From Bacteroidia bacterium (GTDB lineage Bacteria > Bacteroidota > Bacteroidia > Bacteroidales > Paludibacteraceae), in the NCBI GenBank assembly GCA_009929445.1, contig SAAL01000001.1, positions 13,885 to 77,884 on the forward strand: a stretch of DNA of 64,000 bases. Direction: 5' to 3'. Positions 20,146-31,459 of the stretch are shown here, piece after piece. The notes beneath the pieces were generated by a model. It worked only from the letters and a program-made list of their open reading frames with translations, did not search any database and was not told the DNA's origin. The position numbers and the translations under genes are program-made. The number at the start of each line of letters is the position of its first letter. The stretch's first letter is position 1.

Positions 20146-21678
20146 ATGTCACAATCTATCGCTCAAAAACATCCGAAAGGACTCTATTTTATCTATACCG
20201 TTGCCATTGCCGAGCGTTTCGGTTACTACGGCATGCGGGCATTATTTGTACTGTATATGATCAAGGCGCTGGCTATGGACAAAGAGCTTTCGTCGGTTAT
20301 TTACGGCAATTATACGGGTTTGGTATATCTCACGCCGCTTATTGGCGGATATGTGGCCGATAAATACTGGGGCATGCGCCGTTCGATGTTTTGGGGAGCC
20401 GTGTTGATGGTGGTCGGACAGCTTTTTATGTTTTTAAGTGCGCTCAATTTTCAGCAGGTGGAATTAGCTAAATGGCTGATGTACATTGGATTGGGAGCAT
20501 TGATTTTTGGCAATGGTTTTTTCAAACCGAATGTTTCCACCTTTGTCGGACAGCTGTATGAACCCGGTGACCGCAGGCTCGATTCGGCTTATACTATTTT
20601 CTACATGGGAGTCAATCTCGGGGCATTTATTTCTCCGCTGGTGTGTGGATTTTTAGGCGATACGGGCAATCCGGCCGATTTCAAATGGGGATTTCTGGCT
20701 GCCGCTGTGGTTTCGGTGCTCTGTCTGCTTATCTATGTGATGCAGAAAGAGAAATACCTGATCGGCCCTGACGGGAAGCCGCTTGGAGTAGTGCCTGCAG
20801 GAAAGAAACACACGCTGGAGAATGAAACTAAACCGGTTGTGAAATTCACTTTCAGGGAAATCGGATTCTGGATTCTGGGCGCTGTCGGATTGTTTGCTTT
20901 GTTGCTGTTTACATCTGATTACGATGTGATTGGCTCGTTCATTTATGCCATGTGTATCGTTGTTCCGGCATTTGTTATTGCCGATAAATCGCTTTCTAAG
21001 ATCGAACGTGAGCGCATCGGAGTAATTTACATCATTGCTTTTTTCGTGATTTTCTTCTGGTCGGCGTTTGAGCAGGCCGGTATTTCGCTTACCTATTTTG
21101 CCGAAGAGCAAACCAATCGGAACATCCTTGGATGGACGATGCCAGCGAGTTGGTTTCAGTCGTTTAATGCGGTTTTTGTGGTGATTTTGGCTCCTGTTTT
21201 TGCCAAACTCTGGGTAAAACTTGGTCAGAAAGACATGGAACCGGCATCGCCTGTGAAGCAAGCGATAGGGCTTTTCCTGCTTTCGATGGGTTATCTGCTT
21301 ATCGCTTTTGGGGTGCGTGGCATTGAACCGGGTATGAAAGTGAGTGTACTCTGGCTTACCGGACTTTATTTTATCCACACCATGGGCGAACTTTGTCTTT
21401 CGCCCATCGGACTTTCCATAGTAAATAAACTCGCACCGGTGCGTTTTGCATCGTTACTGATGGGTGTGTGGTACCTCTCGATGGCTACGGCCAATAAATT
21501 TGCCGGTGCGCTGAGTACATTATATCCTGAGGCAGGCAAATCCAGGATGTTTTTCGGAGTCGAAATTTCAAACCTGTTCGATTTTTTTATGATTTTTGTG
21601 GTAATTTCTGCCGTAGCAGCTATTATTCTCTTCGGCCTATCCAAATGGTTGCAGAAGCTCATGCACGGAGTGAAATAA
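20146..21678 (+). CDS. proton-dependent oligopeptide transporter (POT/PTR2 family)
   Basis: 510-aa polytopic ORF with ERFGYYGMRALFVLYM, GGYVADKYWG and FGNGFFKPN. Confidence 0.85.
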   Translation: MSQSIAQKHPKGLYFIYTVAIAERFGYYGMRALFVLYMIKALAMDKELSSVIYGNYTGLVYLTPLIGGYVADKYWGMRRSMFWGAVLMVVGQLFMFLSALNFQQVELAKWLMYIGLGALIFGNGFFKPNVSTFVGQLYEPGDRRLDSAYTIFYMGVNLGAFISPLVCGFLGDTGNPADFKWGFLAAAVVSVLCLLIYVMQKEKYLIGPDGKPLGVVPAGKKHTLENETKPVVKFTFREIGFWILGAVGLFALLLFTSDYDVIGSFIYAMCIVVPAFVIADKSLSKIERERIGVIYIIAFFVIFFWSAFEQAGISLTYFAEEQTNRNILGWTMPASWFQSFNAVFVVILAPVFAKLWVKLGQKDMEPASPVKQAIGLFLLSMGYLLIAFGVRGIEPGMKVSVLWLTGLYFIHTMGELCLSPIGLSIVNKLAPVRFASLLMGVWYLSMATANKFAGALSTLYPEAGKSRMFFGVEISNLFDFFMIFVVISAVAAIILFGLSKWLQKLMHGVK

Positions 21679-21681
21679 GAA

Positions 21682-21722
21682 GCCCCTCTATCCCGATAGC
21701 TATCGGGACCCCAAGGGGAGGC
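21682..21722 (+). repeat. GC-rich repeat unit with a nested palindrome; probable terminator of the POT transporter gene
   Basis: GCCCCTCTA + TCCCGATAGCTATCGGGA (perfect 18-nt palindrome) + CCCCAAGGGGAGGC, followed by TTTTTT. Confidence 0.7.
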
Positions 21723-21775
21723 TTTTTTAGTTGTTTTTGGGGAAAATGCAAGAAAAATTCAAAAAAATCTCAGTT

Positions 21776-22309
21776 TTAAGTCCCATTCATTACTGAGCGT
21801 AATCGAAGTAAAGGGATTTTGGGGTTTAACTCAATTACTTCCAGATTCTGGATTTTATCTCCCTCAATTTCGAACCGGATAAGTGTCTGTACCTGATGAA
21901 ATCCGTATTTTCCGGCCGAACCGGAATTGATGTAGAGCATGTGGAGAGTTTCGTCGTACATCACCCGCAGTATGTGTGAATGACCGCATACGAAAAGTGC
22001 CGGTGGGTTTTTGTAAATTTCCTGTTTTACTTCTGCATCATATTTACCCGGGTAACCGCCGATGTGGGTGAGCCACACTTCTACTTCCTCGCATCTGAAC
22101 CTGTTGTGTTTCGGGAAAGTCATACGGATATCCTGCCCGTCCACATTCCCGAAAACACCCCGTACCGGTTTGAAAGCCCGCAGCTTATTTACCACGTCCA
22201 TTGTACCCCAGTCGCCGGCATGCCAAATCTCGTCCACTTCTTCAAAATGTTTGTAAATACGCTCGTCAAGCAGCCCGTGGGTGTCGGTAATTAATCCGAT
22301 TTTTTTCAT
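21776..22309 (-). CDS. metallophosphoesterase (YfcE/MJ0936 class)
   Basis: 177-aa ORF with GLITDTHG, HAGDWG, FGNVD and CGHSH. Confidence 0.75.
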   Translation of the reverse strand: MKKIGLITDTHGLLDERIYKHFEEVDEIWHAGDWGTMDVVNKLRAFKPVRGVFGNVDGQDIRMTFPKHNRFRCEEVEVWLTHIGGYPGKYDAEVKQEIYKNPPALFVCGHSHILRVMYDETLHMLYINSGSAGKYGFHQVQTLIRFEIEGDKIQNLEVIELNPKIPLLRLRSVMNGT

Positions 22310-22497
22310 ATTTCCGGAGAATGTTTTCCTGTAAAATTTAACATGTCAAATTTACTGTTTTTTTTCGTGTTTTTCAAATTTATACTGAGTCGTCATTTTA
22401 ATGCAAAAAAACCGGTTAGAAACTATTTGTTGTTTTCAGGTAAAAATATTTCAGAAAATACATTCAATATAATATAAATTGTAAGATTTAGTAATAA

Positions 22498-24277
<1,780 letters not shown>

Positions 24278-24279
24278 TT

Positions 24280-27200
24280 TTAGTATTCTCCCCAATGCTT
24301 AATTTCAATATCTTCTTTCTTCAGTTTACAGAAAGCTTTAATAAATGCACTTGCCAAACGGGCATTGGTAATGAGTGGAATATTGAAATCTATTGCCCCC
24401 CGGCGGATTTTATATCCGTTTGTCAATTCCCGTTCCGTCAGATTTTTAGGAATATTGATTACCAAATCTACATTTTTGTTTGCTATAATATCTGTTACCT
24501 TCAAATCGCCTTCTTCGTCGGGCCAGCCCACATATGTACTATTTACACCGTTTTCTTCCAGAAATTTCTGAGTACCACCCGTGGCAAACAAATTATACCC
24601 GTGTAGTACCAGCAGGCGACAGGCATCCAGCAGATCCACCTTCGATTTGGCGCTTCCGGATGAAACAACAATATTTTTCTCCGGAATGCGATAACCCACC
24701 GATAGCATGGCGGTGAGCAATGCATCGTCAAAATGAGTTCCGATGCAACCCACTTCGCCAGTAGAAGCCATATCCACACCCAACACCGGATCTGCTTTCT
24801 GCAGGCGGGTGAACGAGAACTGTGAAGCCTTAATACCTACATAGTCCAGATCGAAAGCAGATTTCTCCGGTTTTTTTACCTCATAACCGAGCATTACCTG
24901 TGTAGCCAGCTCAATGAAATTGATTTTCAAAACCTTGGAAACAAACGGGAATGAACGGGAAGCCCTCAGGTTGCATTCTATTACCTTAATATCGTTGTCT
25001 TTAGCTAAAAACTGGATATTAAACGGTCCGAATATATGAAGTTCTCTGGCTATTTCGCGGGCAATTTTCTTGATACGCCGTACTGTCTGTGTGTAGATTT
25101 TCTGCGGAGGAAACTGTATGGTGGCATCTCCGGAATGAACTCCGGCGTATTCCACATGTTCGGAAATAGCGTAAACCACCAATTCTCCGTTTTGTGCAAC
25201 AGCGTCAATTTCAATCTCCTTGGCTCCTTCGATAAATTCAGAAACCACCACCGGATGCTCTTTTGACACTTCTGTAGCCAGTGTGAGAAATCGTTCAAGC
25301 TCGCTTCTGTTCGAACAAACATTCATTGCTGCACCCGAAAGCACATACGAAGGACGCACCAGTAACGGAAATCCGACTTCATCCACAAACTGATGAATAT
25401 CTTCCAGCGTGCTCAGTTCTTTCCACCTGGGTTGGTCGATGCCCAGCCGATCAAGCATCGACGAAAATTTATGGCGATCTTCAGCATTATCGATGTCAGC
25501 AGCCTGAGTTCCGAGAATGTTTACTCCGGATTGGCTCAATCGTACTGCCAGATTATTAGGAATTTGTCCGCCGGTTGAAACAATCACTCCTTTCGGATTT
25601 TCCAGTTCTATAATGTCCAGTACACGTTCGTAACTTAGTTCATCGAAATACAGGCGGTCGCACATATCGTAATCAGTCGACACCGTTTCGGGATTGTAAT
25701 TAATCATCACCGACCGCAAACCTTCCTTACGAATGGTATTCAGAGCGTTCACCGAACACCAGTCGAATTCCACCGACGAACCGATGCGGTATGCACCCGA
25801 GCCAAGCACAATGGCTGAAACAGCCTCCCCAAGCCCCTCCAAAGGAGGGGATGTAAGAGGTGAGTTGTTGATGTTTTGAGTTTCATGATGCATCGTCCGC
25901 ACTAATTCTCCCCCTTTTGGGGAATTAGTGGGGGTGTCATTGGCTACTCCATTGTAAGTCAGGTACAAATAATTGGTCTGAGCCGGATATTCAGCTGCGA
26001 GTGTATCAATCTGCTTAACCACAGGCACAATTCCCCGTTTGATGCGTTCGTTGCGTATGGTGTCTTTCGGCATTGGTTTTTTGTAAATCAGTTTTTCAAT
26101 CTGATAATCCGAAAATCCGATTTTTTTTGCTTTGGAGAACAGTGCTGTGGGCAGATGTTCTTTGTCCGCACATTTCTCAATCAGGTGCGCTGTGTCAATG
26201 ATGTTTTTAAGTTTGTATAGAAACCAGCGGTCAATTTTTGTCAGATCGTAAATCCTGTTCACTGTATAGCCCTGCTCGAATGCCTGCGAAAGATAGAAAA
26301 CACGTTTATCGGTAGGTGTACTCAGTTCATTGTCGAGTTCGCTGGTGTACAATTCTTTATTTCCGACAAATCCGTGCATGCCCTGCTGTATCATCCGAAG
26401 TCCTTTTTGAAAAGCTTCTTCAAAACTTCGTCCGATAGACATGATTTCGCCCACCGATTTCATCGAAGAACCTATTTCGCGGCTTACCCCATGAAATTTT
26501 GCCAGATCCCAGCGCGGTATTTTGCATACGATGTAATCAAGTGCCGGTTCGAAAAACGCGGAAGTTTCTTTTGTTACCGAATTTTTTAATTCGGGAAGTC
26601 CGTAACCCAGTCCAAGTTTGGCTGCCACAAAAGCCAGCGGATATCCGGTGGCTTTGGATGCCAGCGCTGATGAGCGGCTAAGCCGGGCATTTACTTCGAT
26701 AACGCGGTAGTCTTCAGAAAACGGATCGAAGGCATATTGTACATTACACTCGCCTACAATGCCAATGTGTCTGACAATACGTATAGCTATTTCACGGAGT
26801 TTGTAGTATTCGCTGTTGGAAAGTGTCTGTGATGGTGCTACTACTATACTTTCGCCGGTATGAATGCCCAGCGGATCGAAGTTTTCCATGTTACAAACCG
26901 TGATACAGTTGTCGTAACGGTCGCGTACCACTTCGTATTCAATTTCTTTCCAGCCTTTCAGCGATTTTTCGACCAGAACCTGTGGTGAATAATTGAAAGC
27001 CTTCGTGGCAAGCGTTCTCAGTTCGTCATCGTTGTCGCAAAAGCCGCTTCCGAGGCCGCCCAGGGCATAGGCTGCCCGGACTATTACCGGATAACCGAGT
27101 TCGTTGGCTGCACGTAAAGCCTCCTCCGTAGAGGTAACCGCTTCACTTTGAATGTATTTTACTCCTATTTCAGCGAGCTTTTGATTGAAAATCTCGCGGT

Positions 27201-28806
27201 CTTCGGTATCAATAATGGATTGTACCGGTGTACCGAGTACGCGTACGTTGTATTTCTCAAGTATTTTATTTTTGAATAATGCCACACCGCAATTCAGAGC
27301 CGTCTGACCGCCAAACGACAGAAAAATGCTGTCAGGACGTTCTTTTTCAATCACTTTTTCAACAAAATCTGGTGTAACCGGTAAAAAATAAACCTTATCG
27401 GCAATGCCTTCGGAAGTCTGCACGGTAGCGATGTTCGGATTGATCAATACGGTTTCAATGCCTTCTTCTTTCAGTGCTTTCAGTGCCTGCGATCCGGAAT
27501 AGTCAAATTCGCCGGCTTCGCCAATTTTGAGAGCTCCGGAGCCAAGCAGAAGTACTTTACGCACCTGGCCTCTCACTGATTCTCCCCAAAGGGGAGAGAA
27601 CCCGGGCGAAATAGAGTTTGTTGCGTTTTCGGGAGTGTCACTTTTTTTTCCTTTTGAAGAAAAATCAGATGAGGTTAAATATTCTTGAATGACAGTGTTA
27701 ACATTAATCGCAGTACTTTTTCCTCCTCCTTTGGAGGAGGTTAGGAGGAGGCTAAACACATCAAAAAGAAACTCCGTATCCGTTGGTCCGGCAGATGCTT
27801 CGGGATGAAACTGACAGGAGAACCACGGTTTGGTTTTGTGACGAATACCTTCGTTGGTGCCGTCGTTCAGATTTACAAAAAGCGGTTCCCAGTCAGCGCT
27901 CAACGTGTTGTTGTCCACCGCAAAACCATGATTTTGTGATGTAACGAATGCCCGCTGTGAACCTATCAGTTGTACTGGCTGATTGCAGCTGCGATGTCCG
28001 TACTTCAGTTTGTAAGTTTTGGCTCCCCCGGCCAGTGAAAGCAATTGGTTACCCATACATATGCCGAAGATGGGTTTGTTGGTTTCCATTGATTTGCGGA
28101 TATTGTCCACAGTGATATCACAGTATGCCGGATCGCCCGGCCCGTTTGAAATAAACAATCCATCGTATTCAATTGTATTGAAATCGTAATCCCAGGGTAC
28201 TCTTATCACCGTTGTATCACGTTTCAGCAGACAGCGGATGATGTTGTTTTTCACCCCGCAATCCACCAGAACAACTTTATTATTGCCATTTCCATAGGTG
28301 ATTACTTCTTTGCAGCTTGCCTTTGCCACCTGATTCTCGTCATCGGGATTGACAAACGGGATGTCCGGCTGATCCGGGAAAACCAGTTTTCCGAGCATTG
28401 TTCCTTTTTCTCTGACCAGTTTGGTCAGTTCACGCGTGTCGATGCCGTAAACGGCCGGAACCTTGTTTTCTTTCAGCCAGTCACTCAGGCTTTTTACAGC
28501 ATTCCAATGGCTGTATTCAAATGAAAAGTCGGAAACGATCAGACCGCTTGCCTGTATTTTTTCCGACTCAAAAAAAGCAGAAATACCGTTTTGAACTTCC
28601 TCTTTCGGAACTCCGTAATTCCCGATGAGTGGATAAGTAAGAGTTAAAATCTGACCAAGGTAAGAAGGGTCGGAAAGGCTTTCGGTATAGCCGACCATTC
28701 CTGTGCTGAAAACCACTTCGCCGGCTGCAGGTGCTTCGTAACCAAAAGATTTCCCTTCGAATACTGTACCGTCTTCGAGAATTAATTGTAATGGCTTGTT
28801 GTACAT
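24280..28806 (-). CDS. carAB: carbamoyl-phosphate synthase, small and large subunits fused in one ORF
   Basis: 1508-aa uninterrupted ORF. Residues ~1-350 are CarA (GICMGNQ, QFHPEAS). Residues ~414-1508 are CarB (LLLGSGALKIGEAGEFDYSG, two ATP-grasp halves, MGS-like tail). Residues ~351-413 are encoded entirely by a repeat pair. A second pair adds ~37 aa near CarB residue ~545. Confidence 0.9.
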   Translation of the reverse strand: MYNKPLQLILEDGTVFEGKSFGYEAPAAGEVVFSTGMVGYTESLSDPSYLGQILTLTYPLIGNYGVPKEEVQNGISAFFESEKIQASGLIVSDFSFEYSHWNAVKSLSDWLKENKVPAVYGIDTRELTKLVREKGTMLGKLVFPDQPDIPFVNPDDENQVAKASCKEVITYGNGNNKVVLVDCGVKNNIIRCLLKRDTTVIRVPWDYDFNTIEYDGLFISNGPGDPAYCDITVDNIRKSMETNKPIFGICMGNQLLSLAGGAKTYKLKYGHRSCNQPVQLIGSQRAFVTSQNHGFAVDNNTLSADWEPLFVNLNDGTNEGIRHKTKPWFSCQFHPEASAGPTDTEFLFDVFSLLLTSSKGGGKSTAINVNTVIQEYLTSSDFSSKGKKSDTPENATNSISPGFSPLWGESVRGQVRKVLLLGSGALKIGEAGEFDYSGSQALKALKEEGIETVLINPNIATVQTSEGIADKVYFLPVTPDFVEKVIEKERPDSIFLSFGGQTALNCGVALFKNKILEKYNVRVLGTPVQSIIDTEDREIFNQKLAEIGVKYIQSEAVTSTEEALRAANELGYPVIVRAAYALGGLGSGFCDNDDELRTLATKAFNYSPQVLVEKSLKGWKEIEYEVVRDRYDNCITVCNMENFDPLGIHTGESIVVAPSQTLSNSEYYKLREIAIRIVRHIGIVGECNVQYAFDPFSEDYRVIEVNARLSRSSALASKATGYPLAFVAAKLGLGYGLPELKNSVTKETSAFFEPALDYIVCKIPRWDLAKFHGVSREIGSSMKSVGEIMSIGRSFEEAFQKGLRMIQQGMHGFVGNKELYTSELDNELSTPTDKRVFYLSQAFEQGYTVNRIYDLTKIDRWFLYKLKNIIDTAHLIEKCADKEHLPTALFSKAKKIGFSDYQIEKLIYKKPMPKDTIRNERIKRGIVPVVKQIDTLAAEYPAQTNYLYLTYNGVANDTPTNSPKGGELVRTMHHETQNINNSPLTSPPLEGLGEAVSAIVLGSGAYRIGSSVEFDWCSVNALNTIRKEGLRSVMINYNPETVSTDYDMCDRLYFDELSYERVLDIIELENPKGVIVSTGGQIPNNLAVRLSQSGVNILGTQAADIDNAEDRHKFSSMLDRLGIDQPRWKELSTLEDIHQFVDEVGFPLLVRPSYVLSGAAMNVCSNRSELERFLTLATEVSKEHPVVVSEFIEGAKEIEIDAVAQNGELVVYAISEHVEYAGVHSGDATIQFPPQKIYTQTVRRIKKIAREIARELHIFGPFNIQFLAKDNDIKVIECNLRASRSFPFVSKVLKINFIELATQVMLGYEVKKPEKSAFDLDYVGIKASQFSFTRLQKADPVLGVDMASTGEVGCIGTHFDDALLTAMLSVGYRIPEKNIVVSSGSAKSKVDLLDACRLLVLHGYNLFATGGTQKFLEENGVNSTYVGWPDEEGDLKVTDIIANKNVDLVINIPKNLTERELTNGYKIRRGAIDFNIPLITNARLASAFIKAFCKLKKEDIEIKHWGEY
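25823..25934. repeat. Inverted pair of GC-rich repeat units inside carB, in frame
   Basis: The first unit is 25823-25852, GCCTCCCCAAGCCCCTCCAAAGGAGGGGAT. The second unit is 25905-25934, AATTCTCCCCCTTTTGGGGAATTAGTGGGGG. Together they are translated as TNSPKGGELVRTMHHETQNINNSPLTSPPLEGLGEAVS. Confidence 0.8.
27568..27752. repeat. Inverted pair of GC-rich repeat units forming the carA-carB linker, in frame
   Basis: The first unit is 27568-27600, GCCTCTCACTGATTCTCCCCAAAGGGGAGAGAA. The second unit is 27721-27752, TCCTCCTCCTTTGGAGGAGGTTAGGAGGAGGC. The two units are translated as SSKGGGKS and SPLWGESVRGQ, separated by the interior-encoded residues. Confidence 0.8.
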
Positions 28807-28868
28807 ATGGGTGTGATAATGAAAATGATATGTCTGAAAGAAATGATTTGCACATCAAAAAAGTTTTG

Positions 28869-28876
28869 CAAAATTA
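28869..28876 (-). promoter_or_regulatory. -7 box (TAnnTTTG) for carAB
   Basis: The plus strand reads CAAAATTA, which is TAATTTTG on the minus strand, 63 nt upstream of ATG 28806. Confidence 0.35.
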
Positions 28877-29230
28877 CACATTTTCTTTTAATTGAGGTGC
28901 ATTTATATTCATTTTTCAACTTAAAAAGTATAAAATGGAGCTGTTTTATTCATTCCGGCGAAATGAATACCTGGATGTTAAATAACACAATGAAGGTTCA
29001 GATCAGTTTTTTTATCAGATAATAATCACCATTTTATACTGCTTGGTGTTGTTTTTTTAAGATAGTAGTTGTATTAATTTAATCAAAGGAACGAAAGATT
29101 CAAATCATGATATCTTATGAATGAATAAACATGCAAAGGGGATGCTTATGATAATCTTCTGAATTTTAAATAATTAACGAAATAAAGGATACTTATATAT
29201 TTATGTTTTGTTCATTTTCTTAAAAATAGC

Positions 29231-29238
29231 TAACTTTG
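29231..29238 (+). promoter_or_regulatory. -7 box (TAnnTTTG) for the M23 peptidase gene
   Basis: TAACTTTG, 27 nt upstream of ATG 29265. Confidence 0.4.
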
Positions 29239-29264
29239 CGGGCATTTTTGTACTGAACAGATGC

Positions 29265-30143
29265 ATGAAAAAACAGCTGAAACACATATTTGCTGAGTTT
29301 ATGGAAAAGATGCGGTTTAAGTATCGTATCTCCATTGTGAACGAAAATACGCTCGAAGAAACCTGGTACACCCGCTTATCACGCATTAGTGTTGTATTGT
29401 TTGTGACCGGTTTTTTTCTGCTCACATTTATTTTCCTCACTCTCATCTTTTTTGCAACTCCGCTGAGGCATTATCTGCCCGGATTTGAAGACTCCGGTAA
29501 TCGGGCAGTTATCGTTCAACAATCTATTCGTGTTGATTCGCTGGAGAATCAGTTGCAGTTAATGGGCTCGTACTATCAGGTACTAAAAAATCACATTTCT
29601 GAAACCACATCGGTTGATAGTGTAAAATCACTCGATTCAGTTACCATCAGAGAGCGTGCAACCGTACTGATGGAAAAGTCCAAAAGAGAATCGGAGTTTG
29701 TAAAGCAGTATGAAGAAACCGAAAAATACAACCTCGGATCCATTAATACGATAGAATCTGATAAAAAAGTGTTTGTTTTCTTTCGGCCTGTAGAGGGAGT
29801 GGTGGCTTCAACGTTTAATCCGAAAGAGGAGAAATTCGGAATTTCAATTATTACCTCACCTCAGGAAACAGTAAAAAGTGTACTGGAAGGAAGGGTGGTA
29901 TATGCCGGTTATACATTTGACAACCAATGGGTTATTCACCTGCAACACGACAACGATTATTTATCCATCTATAAAAACAACACCCGGTTGCTCAAAAATG
30001 TTGGCGATTACGTTAAAGCAGGTCAGAGCATTGCCATTACCGGAAGTGATGAAAACGTAGGGACCAACAAGCATTTTTATTTTGAATTGTGGAAAAAGGG
30101 AACTCCCGTGAATCCGCAGGATGTTATTACGTTCAGGTTTTAA
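29265..30143 (+). CDS. M23/LytM family metallopeptidase
   Basis: The ORF track starts at 29208. I prefer ATG 29265 (MKKQLKH...), downstream of a TAACTTTG box. It has a TM helix and a C-terminal LytM-like region (HLQHDNDYLSIYKNN, HFYFELWKKGTPVNP). Confidence 0.7.
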   Translation: MKKQLKHIFAEFMEKMRFKYRISIVNENTLEETWYTRLSRISVVLFVTGFFLLTFIFLTLIFFATPLRHYLPGFEDSGNRAVIVQQSIRVDSLENQLQLMGSYYQVLKNHISETTSVDSVKSLDSVTIRERATVLMEKSKRESEFVKQYEETEKYNLGSINTIESDKKVFVFFRPVEGVVASTFNPKEEKFGISIITSPQETVKSVLEGRVVYAGYTFDNQWVIHLQHDNDYLSIYKNNTRLLKNVGDYVKAGQSIAITGSDENVGTNKHFYFELWKKGTPVNPQDVITFRF

Positions 30144-30209
30144 TCGTGAATGTATTAAATGGAAAGTATCGGATTATTTATTCAGAAATAGAGCAAATTA
30201 AGTAAAAAA

Positions 30210-31376
30210 TTGGCTGACAGAAAGAAAAATATTGCCATTCTGGGCTCCACCGGTTCTATCGGAACGCAGGCGTTGGATGTGGTGCGCTCTAATCCCGAAC
30301 GGTTTGAGGTGTTTGCGCTTACAGCCAACAACAATCTCGAAATGCTCATAAAGCAGGCCGTTGAATTTCAGCCCGAAGTGGTTGCCATTGCCAATGAAAG
30401 TCATTATCTGCAACTCAGGCAGGCAGTTGCTGATTTGCCTGTCAAAGTTTTTGCCGGAAAAGAGGCCATTGCTCAGTTGGTAGAAATGGAACCAATCGAT
30501 CTGGTACTCACCGCCATGGTGGGATATGCCGGTTTGAAACCCACCATCAACGCCATAAAAGCCGGAAAAACCATTGCGCTGGCCAACAAGGAAACCCTGG
30601 TAGTAGCCGGAGAAATCATCAACGAGCTTGCGCTGAAACACAAAACACCGATTCTGCCTGTTGATTCCGAACATTCTGCGATATTCCAGTGTCTGGCAGG
30701 CGAAGGCGACAATTCCGTTGAGAAAATCATACTTACAGCATCGGGCGGACCTTTCAGGACGAAAACCCTGGAAGAACTCCGGTACGTAACGTCGGCCCAG
30801 GCTCTCAAACACCCCAACTGGGATATGGGTGCAAAAATTACAATTGATTCGGCAAGCATGATGAACAAAGGCTTTGAAGTAATTGAAGCCAAATGGCTTT
30901 TCGGTCTGAAACCGGATCAAATCGATGTGGTAGTGCATCCGCAATCCATCATTCATTCCATGGTGCAATTTGCCGACAGCTCTATCAAGGCACAACTCGG
31001 CATGCCCGATATGAAGCTCCCCATTCAGTATGCCTTTACCTATCCGGAACGACTGCCAACTGAATTTCCGAGGGTGGATTTCATGAAGTATCCGATGCTT
31101 ACTTTCGAAAAACCCGACCAGCAAAGGTTCCGAAATCTTGCTCTGGCCTACCGCGCGATGGAAAACGGAGGAAACATGCCCTGTATCCTGAATGCCGCCA
31201 ACGAAATAGTGGTAGCTGCATTTCTGAAAAACAGAATCGGATTTCTGCAAATGAGTGATATTATTGAAAATGTGATGCAGAAAACCACATTCATCAAAAA
31301 ACCAACTTACGACGACTATGTGCTCACCGACGATGAAGCCCGGCAGATAACAGAAAAGGAAATAAACCAGATGTAA
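30210..31376 (+). CDS. dxr: 1-deoxy-D-xylulose-5-phosphate reductoisomerase
   Basis: 388-aa ORF with a TTG start. It has ILGSTGSIGTQALDV, NKETLV, LPVDSEHSAIFQC and HPNWDMG. Confidence 0.95.
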   Translation: MADRKKNIAILGSTGSIGTQALDVVRSNPERFEVFALTANNNLEMLIKQAVEFQPEVVAIANESHYLQLRQAVADLPVKVFAGKEAIAQLVEMEPIDLVLTAMVGYAGLKPTINAIKAGKTIALANKETLVVAGEIINELALKHKTPILPVDSEHSAIFQCLAGEGDNSVEKIILTASGGPFRTKTLEELRYVTSAQALKHPNWDMGAKITIDSASMMNKGFEVIEAKWLFGLKPDQIDVVVHPQSIIHSMVQFADSSIKAQLGMPDMKLPIQYAFTYPERLPTEFPRVDFMKYPMLTFEKPDQQRFRNLALAYRAMENGGNMPCILNAANEIVVAAFLKNRIGFLQMSDIIENVMQKTTFIKKPTYDDYVLTDDEARQITEKEINQM

Positions 31377-31459
31377 AATAATAATCAAAAATACCTTGAT
31401 TGTTAGTTGATTATATTTTTTAAAAAAAAAGAAAACAGTAAAAAAAGAAAATAAAATAG

